Assembly: GCA_963697415.1 (NCBI GenBank)
Contig: CAVONW010000003.1
Location: 1,200,350-1,264,349, forward strand
Direction of reading: 5' to 3'
Source: an uncultured Chloroflexia bacterium
Lineage (GTDB): Bacteria; Chloroflexota; Limnocylindria; Limnocylindrales; CSP1-4
Length of the DNA stretch: 64,000 bases
The notes under the pieces were generated by a model, which saw only the letters and a program-made list of their open reading frames with translations, had not been told where the DNA came from and did not search any database. Each line of letters opens with the position of its first letter. Position 1 is the stretch's first letter. The translations under genes and the position numbers were made by a program. This document shows positions 9,132 to 18,817 of the stretch, piece by piece.

Positions 9132-10247
9132 TCAAGAGGGATTGGCGAGCTGCCTGCCCGTGGGATCTCCTCGAAGGACGAACTGCTCATCGTTCGAGAG
9201 CTTGACCCGGATCGCGATCTGGCCAGCGCGGTTGACAGACACCGGGTTGAGCGCGAACTCGACGACCGTGGATCCGAGGAGGGGTGCGCCCACGCTGAGC
9301 AGGCAGTCTCGTGCGGGGTCGGGGCCGCAGAACACCCCGAGTTGCCCGCCTCGCGGCGTGGCATAGAAGATCAGGCCACCCTCGTCCGGGAGCAGCACGC
9401 CCCGGAAACTCTCGAAGTGACCGTCTGTGTCGATGATCGTTTCGATGTCCCCGGCCGATGCGACGAAGATGCCGGACCCGCCGCCGGCGAGGCTGGCACA
9501 GAAGGCCACCGAACCGGCATCGTCCATGACCGGGAATTGACCGAGGCTGCTGAAGACGCGCCCGGTCTGTGCGACGACGACGAGTGGCCCCCCGTCTCCC
9601 GTGTAGATCCCCTGGCCACCTGACGTGAGGTCGGCTCGCAAGACGACTGCCCCATGGCGATTGATGACCGGGAGACCGTGAAACGCGCTGAAGACGTCGC
9701 CCGCTTTGGCGATCGGGGTGACCACGCCATCGCGCCTCGTGAAGATGCCAGCCGCCTGGGGCTCCATCCCCGTTCGGTAGGCGATCATCCCGTGCTCATT
9801 GATCGTCGGTCCCAGTGGGCCGGCGTCGTCCGCAATCACGCGCGCATCGGCGCCGCGGACGATCGCGACGGCACGGCGTCCGGATGCGAGATTGGCGTAG
9901 TAGCAGGCAGACCCGCGGTCATCGATAGCCGGATGGCTGCACACGTCACGGACCGAGTCGGTCGGCGCCTCGGTGATCTGGGATACGTGCTCGCCGCTGG
10001 ACGCGAAGACGCCGGACCCGCCGCCGCGCAGCGTCGCCTGAAAGGCCACCACGCCCAGATTGTTGACAGCAGGAACGTAGGGGGCGAAGTCGGCGAACCA
10101 GTCGCCTGTCGAGGCGATCGGCGTGAATTCGTACGACCCAGCCTTGAACCGTTGCCTCTGGTTGCGCGCCTGTCTCGGCACTGGCATTGCCTCGCGATTG
10201 GCTGAAGTCCCCGACCGAGCTGGCTCGTGCCTCGAGTATGCGGCCAC
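9132..10247 (-). CDS. repeat protein (probably beta-propeller-like) with about 7 copies of a roughly 45-aa unit ending in a G-x-VAF-x-A-x-L-x-GG-x-GIF motif
   Basis: 371-aa ORF; motif recurs at GVVAFQATLRGGGSGVF, GMIAYRTGMEPQAAGIF, GAVVLRADLTSGGQGIY, GSVAFCASLAGGGSGIF, GLIFYATPRGGQLGVF, GQIAIRVKL. No signal peptide is evident; the start could be the ATG at 10187 instead. Confidence 0.55.
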   Translation of the reverse strand: MAAYSRHEPARSGTSANREAMPVPRQARNQRQRFKAGSYEFTPIASTGDWFADFAPYVPAVNNLGVVAFQATLRGGGSGVFASSGEHVSQITEAPTDSVRDVCSHPAIDDRGSACYYANLASGRRAVAIVRGADARVIADDAGPLGPTINEHGMIAYRTGMEPQAAGIFTRRDGVVTPIAKAGDVFSAFHGLPVINRHGAVVLRADLTSGGQGIYTGDGGPLVVVAQTGRVFSSLGQFPVMDDAGSVAFCASLAGGGSGIFVASAGDIETIIDTDGHFESFRGVLLPDEGGLIFYATPRGGQLGVFCGPDPARDCLLSVGAPLLGSTVVEFALNPVSVNRAGQIAIRVKLSNDEQFVLRGDPTGRQLANPS

Positions 10248-10277
10248 CCGGTGGACGGATGGTGGACGTAAAAGGAC

Positions 10278-10297
10278 GTATGGTAGGATGTATGGTA
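10278..10297 (+). promoter_or_regulatory. Direct repeat GTATGGTA-ggat-GTATGGTA overlapping the vapB start codon, a candidate autoregulatory operator
   Basis: Direct reading of 10278-10297. Confidence 0.3.
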
Positions 10298-10518
10298 TGG
10301 AGAAGACGACCGTCTACCTGCCCAGCGAACTGAAGCGGGCGCTGGAGCGCGCGGCCCAGCTCGAAGGTCGAAGTGAGGCGGACCTGATCCGCGAGGGCAT
10401 CGCCGCGGTCACGGAGCCACACCGGGTCGCCGAGCCGACGCTGCCGCTGTTCAGCAGCGGTACGGGAGATCTCGCCTCCCGCGTGGACGAGCTTCTCGAA
10501 GGCTTTGGGGAGTCGTGA
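10297..10518 (+). CDS. vapB: ribbon-helix-helix (CopG/VapB-type) antitoxin
   Basis: 74 aa. MEKTTVYLPSELKRALERAAQLEGRSEADLIREGI is a classic RHH N-terminus, and its stop overlaps the GTG of the downstream PIN gene. The start could be ATG 10288. Confidence 0.7.
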   Translation: MEKTTVYLPSELKRALERAAQLEGRSEADLIREGIAAVTEPHRVAEPTLPLFSSGTGDLASRVDELLEGFGES

Positions 10519-10943
10519 TCCTCGTCGATACGAGCGCGCTCCTCAGTGCGATGGACACCGACGACCCGGATCAGCGGCGAACGGCGGCCGCCCTGCGATC
10601 GTCACGAGGGCCGCGGCTCCTCTCGCCATTCGTGCTCGCTGAACTGGACTACCTGCTGACTCGGCGCGTCGGATCGTCAGTCGCGCGCCGCTTCCTCGAC
10701 GAGATGTCCGGTGGTGTCTATCGATTGGAGCCGTTCGATGCCGAGGACATCGCGCGAGCGGCCGACATCCTCGACCGCTATCGGGACCTCGATCTGGGAC
10801 TTGCAGACGCGTCGATCGTTGTCCTGGCCGAGCGCTACGGGGTCAACGAGATCGTGACATTGGACGAGCGGCACTTCCGGGCCGTGCTCGGGCCCGGTGG
10901 TCGTCCGTTCCGCATCCTGCCCGCCGACGCCCCGGCCGCGTGA
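10515..10943 (+). CDS. vapC: PIN-domain ribonuclease toxin VapC
   Basis: 142 aa. ILVDTSALL...D (first acidic), ...LADASIVVLAERYGVNEIVTLDERHF match the conserved PIN acidic residues. GTG overlaps the antitoxin stop (GTGA). Confidence 0.85.
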   Translation: MILVDTSALLSAMDTDDPDQRRTAAALRSSRGPRLLSPFVLAELDYLLTRRVGSSVARRFLDEMSGGVYRLEPFDAEDIARAADILDRYRDLDLGLADASIVVLAERYGVNEIVTLDERHFRAVLGPGGRPFRILPADAPAA

Positions 10944-12061
10944 TCGCCGTGCTGAAGGCCCTGGGCGTCGTCGGTGCAGGGACGATGGGCGCCGGGATCG
11001 CGCAGGTCGCCCTCGAGGTTGGTTGGGCGGTGCACGTTCACGACGCGATTCCCGACATCGCCGAGCGCGGGCGCGAGCGGATCACGGACGGGCTCCGTCG
11101 CCGCGCGGCGAAGCGTTGCCCTTTCCGTCATGAGATCACCGCCTGGGTGGATGACCACCTCGCTCGCCTGACTATCGCGCCGGATCTGGCGACGCTCGTC
11201 ATGGAGACCGAGCTCGTGATCGAGGCCATCGTCGAGGACCTCGAAACCAAGCGGGACCTGTTCGCCGAGCTCGACTCGGCTGCGCCGCCCAATACGATCC
11301 TCGCGACGAACACGAGCGCGCTGTCGGTCACGGCCATCGCCGAGGGGGCCCTGATGCACCCGGAGCGCGTCCTCGGTCTCCACTTCTTCAACCCGGCGCC
11401 GGTGATGCTGCTCGTAGAGGTCGTGGCGGGCGACCGGACGGACTCCACCGTCCTCGAGCAAGCGACCGGGATCGTGACCACCTGGGGCAAGACGCCGGTC
11501 CTATCTGCGGATACCCCCGGGTTCATCGTCAACCGTGTGAACCGGCCGTTCACGATCGAGGCACTTCGGGTCCTTGAGGCGGGCGAGGCGCGGGTCGCGG
11601 AGATCGATGCCGCGGTCCGGGCCGACGGGTTCTCGATGGGCCCGTTCGAGTTGATGGATCTCGTGGGGCTGGACGTGAACCTCGCCGCCGCGAGCGGGGT
11701 CTGGTCGAGCCTCGGCCGGCCCGAGCGCCTCCGCCCATCGCCGATCCAGGGCTGGCTAGTCGAACACCGCCGTCTCGGGCGCAGGACCGGCGTCGGCTTC
11801 TACCGTTATGACCCGGTCCACGACCCGGTCGCTGAACCGCTCCCGCACGACATTGCCCGTCCCGTTCGATCGGGTCGCTCGCTCGGACCCCACGAGATCG
11901 TCCGGCGCGTCCGATCGGCGATCGCCGCCGAGGCCATCCTCGCTCGCGATGCCGGGGTCGCCTCGGAAGCCGATATCGATACCGCACTCTGGCTCGGCGC
12001 CATGCACCCGGAGGGCCCGTTCGCGTGGCTGCGGCGGCACGACCTTACAATCTCGGCATGA
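10940..12061 (+). CDS. 3-hydroxyacyl-CoA dehydrogenase, NAD-binding, with extended C-terminal 3HCDH_C-like region
   Basis: 373 aa; [15 protein letters not shown] Rossmann motif, ...TNTSALSV...[15 protein letters not shown]; GTG start overlaps vapC stop. Confidence 0.85.
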   Translation: MIAVLKALGVVGAGTMGAGIAQVALEVGWAVHVHDAIPDIAERGRERITDGLRRRAAKRCPFRHEITAWVDDHLARLTIAPDLATLVMETELVIEAIVEDLETKRDLFAELDSAAPPNTILATNTSALSVTAIAEGALMHPERVLGLHFFNPAPVMLLVEVVAGDRTDSTVLEQATGIVTTWGKTPVLSADTPGFIVNRVNRPFTIEALRVLEAGEARVAEIDAAVRADGFSMGPFELMDLVGLDVNLAAASGVWSSLGRPERLRPSPIQGWLVEHRRLGRRTGVGFYRYDPVHDPVAEPLPHDIARPVRSGRSLGPHEIVRRVRSAIAAEAILARDAGVASEADIDTALWLGAMHPEGPFAWLRRHDLTISA

Positions 12062-13287
12062 GTCGAGACCCGCGCCGCCCGCTCCGCGAAGCCTGGATCG
12101 TCGAGGCCGTTCGGACGCCGATCGGGCGATACGGTGGGGCGCTCGCCGGCGTCCGGCCCGACGATCTCGCCGCGCTCGTCATTCGCGCGGTTGTGGACCG
12201 CTCCGGGATCGACCCGAGCCTGATCGAGGACGTCATCCTCGGCTGTGCCAACCAGGCCGGCGAGGACAACCGGGACGTGGCGCGGATGGCGCTCCTGCTG
12301 GCGGGCCTGCCGGTCGAGGTCGGCGGCCTGACCGTCAACAGACTGTGCGGGTCCGGGCTCCAGGCGATCAACTCCGGCGCCCATGCGATCGCCGTCGACG
12401 ACGGCGATGTCTTCATCGGTGGCGGCGTGGAGTCGATGACCCGAGCGCCGTACGTCATGGCGAAGGCGGAGGCGGCCTGGGATCGCGGCAATCGTGAGCT
12501 CCAGGACTCGACGCTCGGCTGGCGCTTCATCAATCCGAAGCTTGCCTCGATCCACTACCCGTACTCGATGGGCGAAACCGCGGAAAACGTGGTCGAGCGC
12601 TGGTCCGTCAGCCGTGAGCGCCAGGACGCCTTTGCCCTTGCGAGCCAGCAGAAGGCGATTGAGGCGATCGAGCGGGGTTCCTTCGACGGCCAGATCGTGC
12701 CGGTTCCCGTCCCCCAGCGGAAGGGCGACCCGGTTCTCGTCACGCGTGACGAGCATCCCCGCGCGGATACGTCCGCGGAGGCTCTCGCGAAGCTCCGGCC
12801 GGCCTTTCGCGAGGGCGGCAGCGTCACGGCCGGGAATAGCTCGGGGATCAACGACGGTGCTTCGGCCGTGCTCCTCGTGGAAGCAGATACAGCCCGAGCG
12901 CTCGGCCTCAGGCCCCTCGCTCGCGTCGTCTCGACGGCCGTCGCCGGCGTTGATCCCGCGATCATGGGCGCCGGCCCGATCCCGGCGGTCCGCAAGGCGC
13001 TCGCGCGGGCGGGGCTCACGCCTGCGGACCTCGACCTCATCGAATTGAACGAGGCATTCGCGAGTCAGTCGGTCGTCTGCATCGATGAACTCGGCCTGGA
13101 TCCGGATCGAGTCAACGTGAACGGTGGCGCGATTGCTCTCGGGCATCCGCTCGGCGCCAGCGGGGCACGGCTCATGACAATGCTCGTCCACGAGCTCGCG
13201 GCCCGCGGTGGCCGCTACGGCATCGCCACGATGTGCATCGGCGTAGGGCAGGGGATCGCCACCGTCGTGGAGCGGATCGAGGCGTAG
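12058..13287 (+). CDS. acetyl-CoA C-acyltransferase (thiolase)
   Basis: About 409 aa; [11 protein letters not shown] active-site Cys region, ...[10 protein letters not shown]..., C-terminal CIGVGQG; ATG overlaps the dehydrogenase stop (ATGA). Confidence 0.9.
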   Translation: MSRDPRRPLREAWIVEAVRTPIGRYGGALAGVRPDDLAALVIRAVVDRSGIDPSLIEDVILGCANQAGEDNRDVARMALLLAGLPVEVGGLTVNRLCGSGLQAINSGAHAIAVDDGDVFIGGGVESMTRAPYVMAKAEAAWDRGNRELQDSTLGWRFINPKLASIHYPYSMGETAENVVERWSVSRERQDAFALASQQKAIEAIERGSFDGQIVPVPVPQRKGDPVLVTRDEHPRADTSAEALAKLRPAFREGGSVTAGNSSGINDGASAVLLVEADTARALGLRPLARVVSTAVAGVDPAIMGAGPIPAVRKALARAGLTPADLDLIELNEAFASQSVVCIDELGLDPDRVNVNGGAIALGHPLGASGARLMTMLVHELAARGGRYGIATMCIGVGQGIATVVERIEA

Positions 13288-13509
13288 GCGGACTCGGAGC
13301 GGCCGCTCAGCCTGGCTGCCGCGGCGTTCCGGGGAACATCCGCCTCACGGGGTGGACGGGCAGTCCGCTTTTCGTGCGTTCGCTGTCCCGATCCGGCCTG
13401 TGGGTCCAGATCACGACGTATCTTCGGCCGGAGTGGCCTCGAACGTGTCGGTATCCGGACTGGCAGACCCGATCGGAGCGTGGCGGGGCGTGAAACCGGA
13501 CTGCGGGCC

Positions 13510-13566
13510 CGGCACGTGCCCGCGCATCTGGGTCCGGCGCGTGCCCCGCGCATCTGGGCCCGCGCG
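13510..13566. repeat. GC-rich tandem direct repeat (gtgcccgcgcatctgggtcc / gtgccccgcgcatctgggccc) in the convergent intergenic region
   Basis: Direct reading. Confidence 0.6.
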
Positions 13567-13599
13567 CCGGGAGGCGAGTACGTGACTTGGGGCGGCCGC

Positions 13600-14181
13600 T
13601 CAGGCGATCTTGATCGCCCGCAGCGTGCGCTCGAGGGCATCTTCGATCGTCGTGTCGGCCGAGGTGCCGGCCGCGGCGACCCGCATGTGGATTGGTGCAG
13701 ACATGGCCCGAAGCCAGACGTTGCAATCGGCGGCGACCCGATCGGCGAACCGTGTCGCCTGCAGCTCCGTGGTTTCTGGCAGGAGGATCTGGAACGTGGC
13801 CGTGGCGGTGCGCGTCACGAGGTCGGCGTCGCGAACGCCGCGCCGGATGGCGTGGGCGATCGGCGCGGCCACGCGCGTGAGCCATTGGTCCGCCGCCGCC
13901 GCCGCGTTGGCCGTTGCCCCGGCCGCGACCACCACGATCGCCGCAGGTCGCTGGTAGCGCCGGCTGCGCGCGGACTCGCGATTGAGCGCCTCGTTCCAGG
14001 CCAGCCGGCTGGCCAGGCTCGTGAACGGGCCCGCTTCGGCGATCTCGACGCTGCCTCCGTCGGGTCGTCCACGGCGATGTTCCGGCCCGCTGAGGAACGC
14101 ACTGATCGCCTCATCCGCACGCTCATCGGCGAGCTCGGGAAGCGAGAAGCGGCGGACGCGGTTCGTCTCGGACGTGGCCAT
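13600..14181 (-). CDS. degenerate GGDEF-domain protein (catalytically inactive diguanylate-cyclase fold)
   Basis: GPFTSLASRLAWNEALNRESARSRRYQRPAAIVVV aligns to the GGDEF N-terminal (DPLTGLPNRRAF...RYGRPLSLL). The GG(D/E)EF position reads RTATATF, and the Mg-binding DxD..FK is replaced by AAGATANAAAAAD. Start chosen at ATG 14181 (MATSETN), since the upstream ORF extension looks non-coding. Confidence 0.45.
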   Translation of the reverse strand: MATSETNRVRRFSLPELADERADEAISAFLSGPEHRRGRPDGGSVEIAEAGPFTSLASRLAWNEALNRESARSRRYQRPAAIVVVAAGATANAAAAADQWLTRVAAPIAHAIRRGVRDADLVTRTATATFQILLPETTELQATRFADRVAADCNVWLRAMSAPIHMRVAAAGTSADTTIEDALERTLRAIKIA

Positions 14182-14424
14182 GAGGCTCCGGGTGGGTGGC
14201 GCGCAGCTCGGTTGAATCCGAGCGTGTCGTACCGCTCGGATGCGAGCAGCGGGAGTCGTCAACGATAGCCGAGAGCGCGAGACTTCGCCACGAAGTGTCA
14301 TTGCTCCGAAGGCAATTTCGACGCAGGTGTTGTCGGAATCGATTGACTTGCGTACGATGTGCGCCTCGATCGGGAATCTGGTCGAGCAATCAGGCCACCC
14401 AATCCTCTGGAGAGGACGTACCGA

Positions 14425-14805
14425 ATGATCGAACAGCAGGCCACCGTCGTTTCGCTCACCGATGCCGCAGCCTCGCGGTTGCGCGAGCTGACCAAGGAAG
14501 AGACGAACCCCAACGTCGGCCTGCGCGTCTACGTCTACTCAGGCGGCTGCTCGGGCTACCGCTACGGAATGATGCTCGAGGACCAGCCCACACCCGAGGA
14601 CAACGTTCTCGAGGCGAACGGGGTCAAGGTCTACGTGGACGGCCAGAGCATCCCGCTGCTCACGGGCGCATCCATCGACTACGTCGACACGCTCATGGGT
14701 GCCGGCTTCACGGTGAACAACCCGAACGCGGTGAGCGGCTGCGGATGTGGCTCCAGCTTCAAGACGGCGGACGACTCGGGCAAGGCCCAGTCCTGCTCCC
14801 ACTGA
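14425..14805 (+). CDS. HesB/IscA/ErpA-family iron-sulfur cluster insertion protein
   Basis: 126 aa; GLRVYVYSGGCSGYRYGM and C-terminal CGCGSSF motifs; GGAGAGGA RBS upstream of ATG 14425. Confidence 0.8.
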   Translation: MIEQQATVVSLTDAAASRLRELTKEETNPNVGLRVYVYSGGCSGYRYGMMLEDQPTPEDNVLEANGVKVYVDGQSIPLLTGASIDYVDTLMGAGFTVNNPNAVSGCGCGSSFKTADDSGKAQSCSH

Positions 14806-14871
14806 CCCCTCGCGACCCTCGCCCTTCCGAAGCCGCCGGGTGACCGGCGGCCTCGTGATTCCCGGCCAGCG

Positions 14872-16638
14872 ATGACCTCACTGAACGACGCGCTGCGAAC
14901 TGCTGACGACGTCGCAGACCGGTTCCTCGCCGACAAGCACATCCCGGGCGTCGCCTACGGCGTGGTCCTGGGTGGGGAGCTCGTCCACAGTCGCGGGATC
15001 GGCACGCTCCGAATCGCCGAAGGTGCTCCACCGGACGCCGACAGCATCTTCCGGATCGCGTCGATGACGAAGAGCTTCACCGCGGCCACCATCGTCAGCC
15101 TCCGGGACGAGGGGCGGCTGTCCCTGGACGATCCGATCGCTCGGTACGTGCCGGAACTCGTCTCGATGCGCGGGCCGACCGCCGACTCCCCGGCGATTAC
15201 CATCCGCCACCTGCTCACGATGACGTCCGGGCTCGCAACGGATGACCCGTGGGGCGATCGACAGCAGGGTCTCGATCTCGCGGCCTTCTCAAAGGTTCTC
15301 CGCGGCCCGTTGACGTTCGCCTGGACGCCGGGCACGAGGTTCGAGTATTCGAACCTCGGCTACGGGATCCTCGGCCGGTTGATCACGAACGTCGCCGGAG
15401 CCGAGTACCGGGAGGTCGTCAGGGAGCGACTGGTCGGACCGCTCGGCATGGACGCGACCACCTACCTCGAGGAAGAAGTACCGCCGGAGCGCCTTGCCCA
15501 CGGCTACCTCTGGCGGGACGATGCGTATGTCGAGGAACCGCTGGATCCGTACGGGGCGCTGGCCTCCATGGGCGGCATCTTCACGTCCGTGCGGGACCTC
15601 GCCCGTTGGGTCGCGTTCTTCACCGACGCCTACCCGCCCCGCGACGATCCGGGGGGCGCGTTGCCACTGTCACGGGCAAGCCGGCGCGAGATGCAGCAGT
15701 CCGCCGGATCGTGGCTCCCAACCCTGGCCCTGCCCACTCCCGACGCTGACCCCGAGGTCTCGGCCGGGGGGTACGGATTGGGGTTGTTCGTCGAAGACCA
15801 CTCGCGCTGGGGCCGGATCGTGGCGCATAGCGGTGGATATCCAGGCTTCGGGTCGAACATGCGCTGGCAGCCGGCCTCGGGGCTCGGGGTCATCGTGCTG
15901 GCGAATCACCGCTACGCGCCAAGCACTCTGCTCGGACGCGAGATCATGGTCTCGCTCCTCGAGTCCGGGGCGGTTCCGGTTCGTCGAATCAAGGCGTCTT
16001 CGTCGCTCCTCGATGCGCGAGCTGGGATCGAGCGGCTTCTCGCGGAGTGGGATGACGATCTGGCCGATCGGCTGTTCGCAATGAACGTGACGCTTGACGA
16101 GCCGATCGACAGGCGGCGTGACGAAGTCGCACGGATACGGCAGGGTCACGGCGCCCTCAGACCGGATCCGGACATGCCGGAGGAGCCCCAGACCCCGCTC
16201 CATGCCACGTGGTGGCTGGCTGATCTTCACGGCGGGCGCGTTCGCATCGAGATCCGCCTCTCGCCGGAGTCGCCCGCGCTGGTTCAGACGTTCGGACTCA
16301 TGTCGGTGCCCGTGCCGGGCGAGCGCCTCGCGACCGTCGCGACCGAGGTGGTTGCTGCGCTCAACGGCGCACAGCCGACCCTCGGGACGGACATTCCGCT
16401 CAGCCCGGAGATTGATCGCGATGCACTCGACCGGATCGTGCGGATCGTCGCTGCCCGGTTCGCGCCCGTGACCCTTGGCCCGGCAGCCGCTGGGGACGGC
16501 GTCAAGTCGACCACCTGGCGATTGCGCGGGGACCGTGGAGAGCTGGACCTGACGATCACCATGGACGCGGACGTGAGCCTGATCACCGCGCTGACCATCG
16601 TCGAGCGACCGCCGACCATGCCCCGGCACGGGGAGTGA
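14872..16638 (+). CDS. serine hydrolase, beta-lactamase/transpeptidase-like family (class C-like)
   Basis: 588 aa; FRIASMTKSF (SxxK), YSNLGY (YxN), plus long C-terminal extension. Confidence 0.8.
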   Translation: MTSLNDALRTADDVADRFLADKHIPGVAYGVVLGGELVHSRGIGTLRIAEGAPPDADSIFRIASMTKSFTAATIVSLRDEGRLSLDDPIARYVPELVSMRGPTADSPAITIRHLLTMTSGLATDDPWGDRQQGLDLAAFSKVLRGPLTFAWTPGTRFEYSNLGYGILGRLITNVAGAEYREVVRERLVGPLGMDATTYLEEEVPPERLAHGYLWRDDAYVEEPLDPYGALASMGGIFTSVRDLARWVAFFTDAYPPRDDPGGALPLSRASRREMQQSAGSWLPTLALPTPDADPEVSAGGYGLGLFVEDHSRWGRIVAHSGGYPGFGSNMRWQPASGLGVIVLANHRYAPSTLLGREIMVSLLESGAVPVRRIKASSSLLDARAGIERLLAEWDDDLADRLFAMNVTLDEPIDRRRDEVARIRQGHGALRPDPDMPEEPQTPLHATWWLADLHGGRVRIEIRLSPESPALVQTFGLMSVPVPGERLATVATEVVAALNGAQPTLGTDIPLSPEIDRDALDRIVRIVAARFAPVTLGPAAAGDGVKSTTWRLRGDRGELDLTITMDADVSLITALTIVERPPTMPRHGE

Positions 16639-16656
16639 GGCGCTTCCGCCGAGCGA

Positions 16657-17049
16657 CTACAACGAGCGGTCGACCTGGCTGAGCTCGAAGATGTTGCCCT
16701 CCGAATCCTGGAACCAGCAGCCCTTGTAGGGGCCCATGGCGAGGAGGCCGTCGACCGTGGCCATGCCGTTGCCCAGGTCGTACTCCTCGAACACGACACC
16801 ACGGTCGCGCAGATCGGCCATGACCCTCTCGATATCCGTCACGGTCCAGCCGGCTTGGGTGTTACGTGCTGTTCCTGCATATTCGGTCTGGTAGACGCTG
16901 AGGAAGGTCCCGTCGCCGAATCGATACCAGAGGCCGCCGGGATCCTCGACTTCAGGGACCAGTCCGAGCTTCGATTCGTACCATGCCCGGGCTCGGGCCA
17001 GATCCGACGCAGCGACTGTTGCGTGGATGGGAAAACCTGCAAGCATCAT
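16657..17049 (-). CDS. VOC (glyoxalase/bleomycin-resistance/dioxygenase) family protein
   Basis: 130 aa from ATG 17049 (MMLAGFPIHATVAASDLARARAWYESKLGL); strong AGGAGGG RBS; ORF-track upstream extension is low-complexity. Confidence 0.75.
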   Translation of the reverse strand: MMLAGFPIHATVAASDLARARAWYESKLGLVPEVEDPGGLWYRFGDGTFLSVYQTEYAGTARNTQAGWTVTDIERVMADLRDRGVVFEEYDLGNGMATVDGLLAMGPYKGCWFQDSEGNIFELSQVDRSL

Positions 17050-17062
17050 TCGTCCCTCCTGG

Positions 17063-17665
17063 CTATTCGCTGAAGCGCTCTTCCTTCCAGGGATCCGCAT
17101 CGTTGTGGTAACCGTAGCGCTCCCAGAAGCCGAGCTGATCGTGGTCCAGGAACTCGAGGCCGCGGATCCACTTGGCGCTCTTCCAGAAGTAGCGCTTCGG
17201 GACGAAGAGGCGAAGCGGCCAGCCATGTTCCTTCTCGAGCGGCCGCCCGTCGAACGTGTCGGCGAGGAGGACGTCATCGTCGTCGAGCACGGCGAGCGGC
17301 AAGTTCGCCGTGTAGCCCTGCTCGGAGTGGGCGAGGACGTGCGTCGCCCTGGAACGGACCTGGGCGAGCGCGAGGATCTCCTGGATCGCCACGCCCTCCC
17401 ACACCGTGTCCAGCTTCGACCACCGGGTGACGCAGTGGATGTCCGTCTCGACCGTCTTGCGCGGCAGGGTCTTGAACTGGTCCCACGTCAGGGTGAACGG
17501 AGCATCGACCTCGCCGTACACCTTGAAGTCCCAGGTCGCGAGGTCCGTGCTCGGGACGGAGCCGTAGTGGAGGACCGGAAACTTCTCGGTCCGGTACTGC
17601 CCTGGCGGGATTCGCTCCATGACCGAGGGATCCTGCGACTGATTACCGAAGACACGCTCGAACAT
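17063..17665 (-). CDS. sulfite-oxidase-family molybdopterin oxidoreductase (MsrP/YedY-like catalytic domain)
   Basis: About 200 aa from ATG 17665; ...IHCVTRWSKLDTVWEGV...GWPLRLFVPKRYFWKSAKWIRGLEFL is the molybdopterin-binding oxidoreductase signature. Confidence 0.75.
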   Translation of the reverse strand: MFERVFGNQSQDPSVMERIPPGQYRTEKFPVLHYGSVPSTDLATWDFKVYGEVDAPFTLTWDQFKTLPRKTVETDIHCVTRWSKLDTVWEGVAIQEILALAQVRSRATHVLAHSEQGYTANLPLAVLDDDDVLLADTFDGRPLEKEHGWPLRLFVPKRYFWKSAKWIRGLEFLDHDQLGFWERYGYHNDADPWKEERFSE

Positions 17666-17817
17666 TGGGGCAACTCCGTGGCATGAGGCGTCCAATATCG
17701 TCCCACACGATGACCGCGGCGTGACAGTTCCACTCAGGATTCGAGGCACGGCCGCCCGAGAATCATCGAGGCCCGCCGGTCTCCCGGGCGGGCCTCGATT
17801 TCAGTGCCGCGGAGCGA

Positions 17818-18726
17818 CTACTTGACGAAGCCGTTCGCCTTCAGCCAGGCAGATGCAACGTCCTTGGTGTCCTTCAGGCCCACCGCGACGTCGTAGTACA
17901 GCTGGGCGAGGGTCGGGGTGTCGATCTTGGCCGAGATGTCGTTGAGGATCTTCGAGAAGGCTGCCTTGTCGGTCTTGGCGAGGAAGTCGTTGCGGACCAG
18001 CGGCGCGATGTTGTCGGCCGGCTGGGTGCCCTTGTCGTCCTCGAGCCGGACCCAGCCGTTGACGATGATCTCTGGCCCGGTCGAGCAGAGCTCGGCGACG
18101 TCGATCGTCCCGGCGAGCAGGGCATCGGCCATCGGCGTGCTGCATGCGTCGAGCAGCGTCACGTCGGCAGGATCGATCCCGTACGTGTCCTTGAGCGCCG
18201 CGGCGCAGACGGGATTTGTCGGGCAGTCGGTCGCGAGGCCCCACTTCAGGTCGTTCTGGACGGCAGCCAGGTCTCCCCACGTCTTGAGGTTGTACTGGTC
18301 CGCCGTCTCCTTCCGGACCACGAGGGCATTCGTGTCCACCGCCGGCGTGTAGTCGAGGACGGTGATCCCGCCCCCCTTTCCGTCGAGGACCTTCTGGAGC
18401 TCCGCCCGGTTGGTGGCCGGATCACTGGTGGATGCGCCGCCGTAGCCGGAAGCAAGGCCACTCCCGATGTACTCCGGCTGGAGGTCGATCTGCCCGCTCT
18501 CGAGGGCCGGCAGGAGCACCTTGCGGCTGCCCAGCCCGATCCCCGCGCGGTCCACGCTGTAGCCGTCGGCCTCGAGCGCCTGTGCATAGATCTCGGCAAC
18601 GACCCGAGCCTCGTCGAACCCCACGGATCCGATCTTGATGGTTGGCTTGCTGCCCCCACCCGTCGAGCAGGCGCTCAAGAGCACCAGCAGCGACGCCCCG
18701 AGGGCGAGCGTGCGGGATAACCGCAT
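17818..18726 (-). CDS. glycine betaine/choline-type ABC transporter substrate-binding lipoprotein
   Basis: MRLSRTLALGASLLVLLSAC lipobox, then KPTIKIGSVGFDEARVVAEIYAQALEADGY, typical of OpuAC/OpuCC-like SBPs. Confidence 0.8.
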   Translation of the reverse strand: MRLSRTLALGASLLVLLSACSTGGGSKPTIKIGSVGFDEARVVAEIYAQALEADGYSVDRAGIGLGSRKVLLPALESGQIDLQPEYIGSGLASGYGGASTSDPATNRAELQKVLDGKGGGITVLDYTPAVDTNALVVRKETADQYNLKTWGDLAAVQNDLKWGLATDCPTNPVCAAALKDTYGIDPADVTLLDACSTPMADALLAGTIDVAELCSTGPEIIVNGWVRLEDDKGTQPADNIAPLVRNDFLAKTDKAAFSKILNDISAKIDTPTLAQLYYDVAVGLKDTKDVASAWLKANGFVK

Positions 18727-18817
18727 CTGGGTCTTCCTCCCATGGTTCTGGCCGGGTGGACCCGGCCTTGCGCGCGAAACCATAGCAGCGGATCCGGGTT
18801 GGGTCGTGTGGCCTCGC

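Noticed and set aside
13480-14268. 262-aa plus-strand ORF
   Set aside because: Arg-rich with no domain signal; the overlapping minus-strand frame carries a recognisable (degenerate) GGDEF fold
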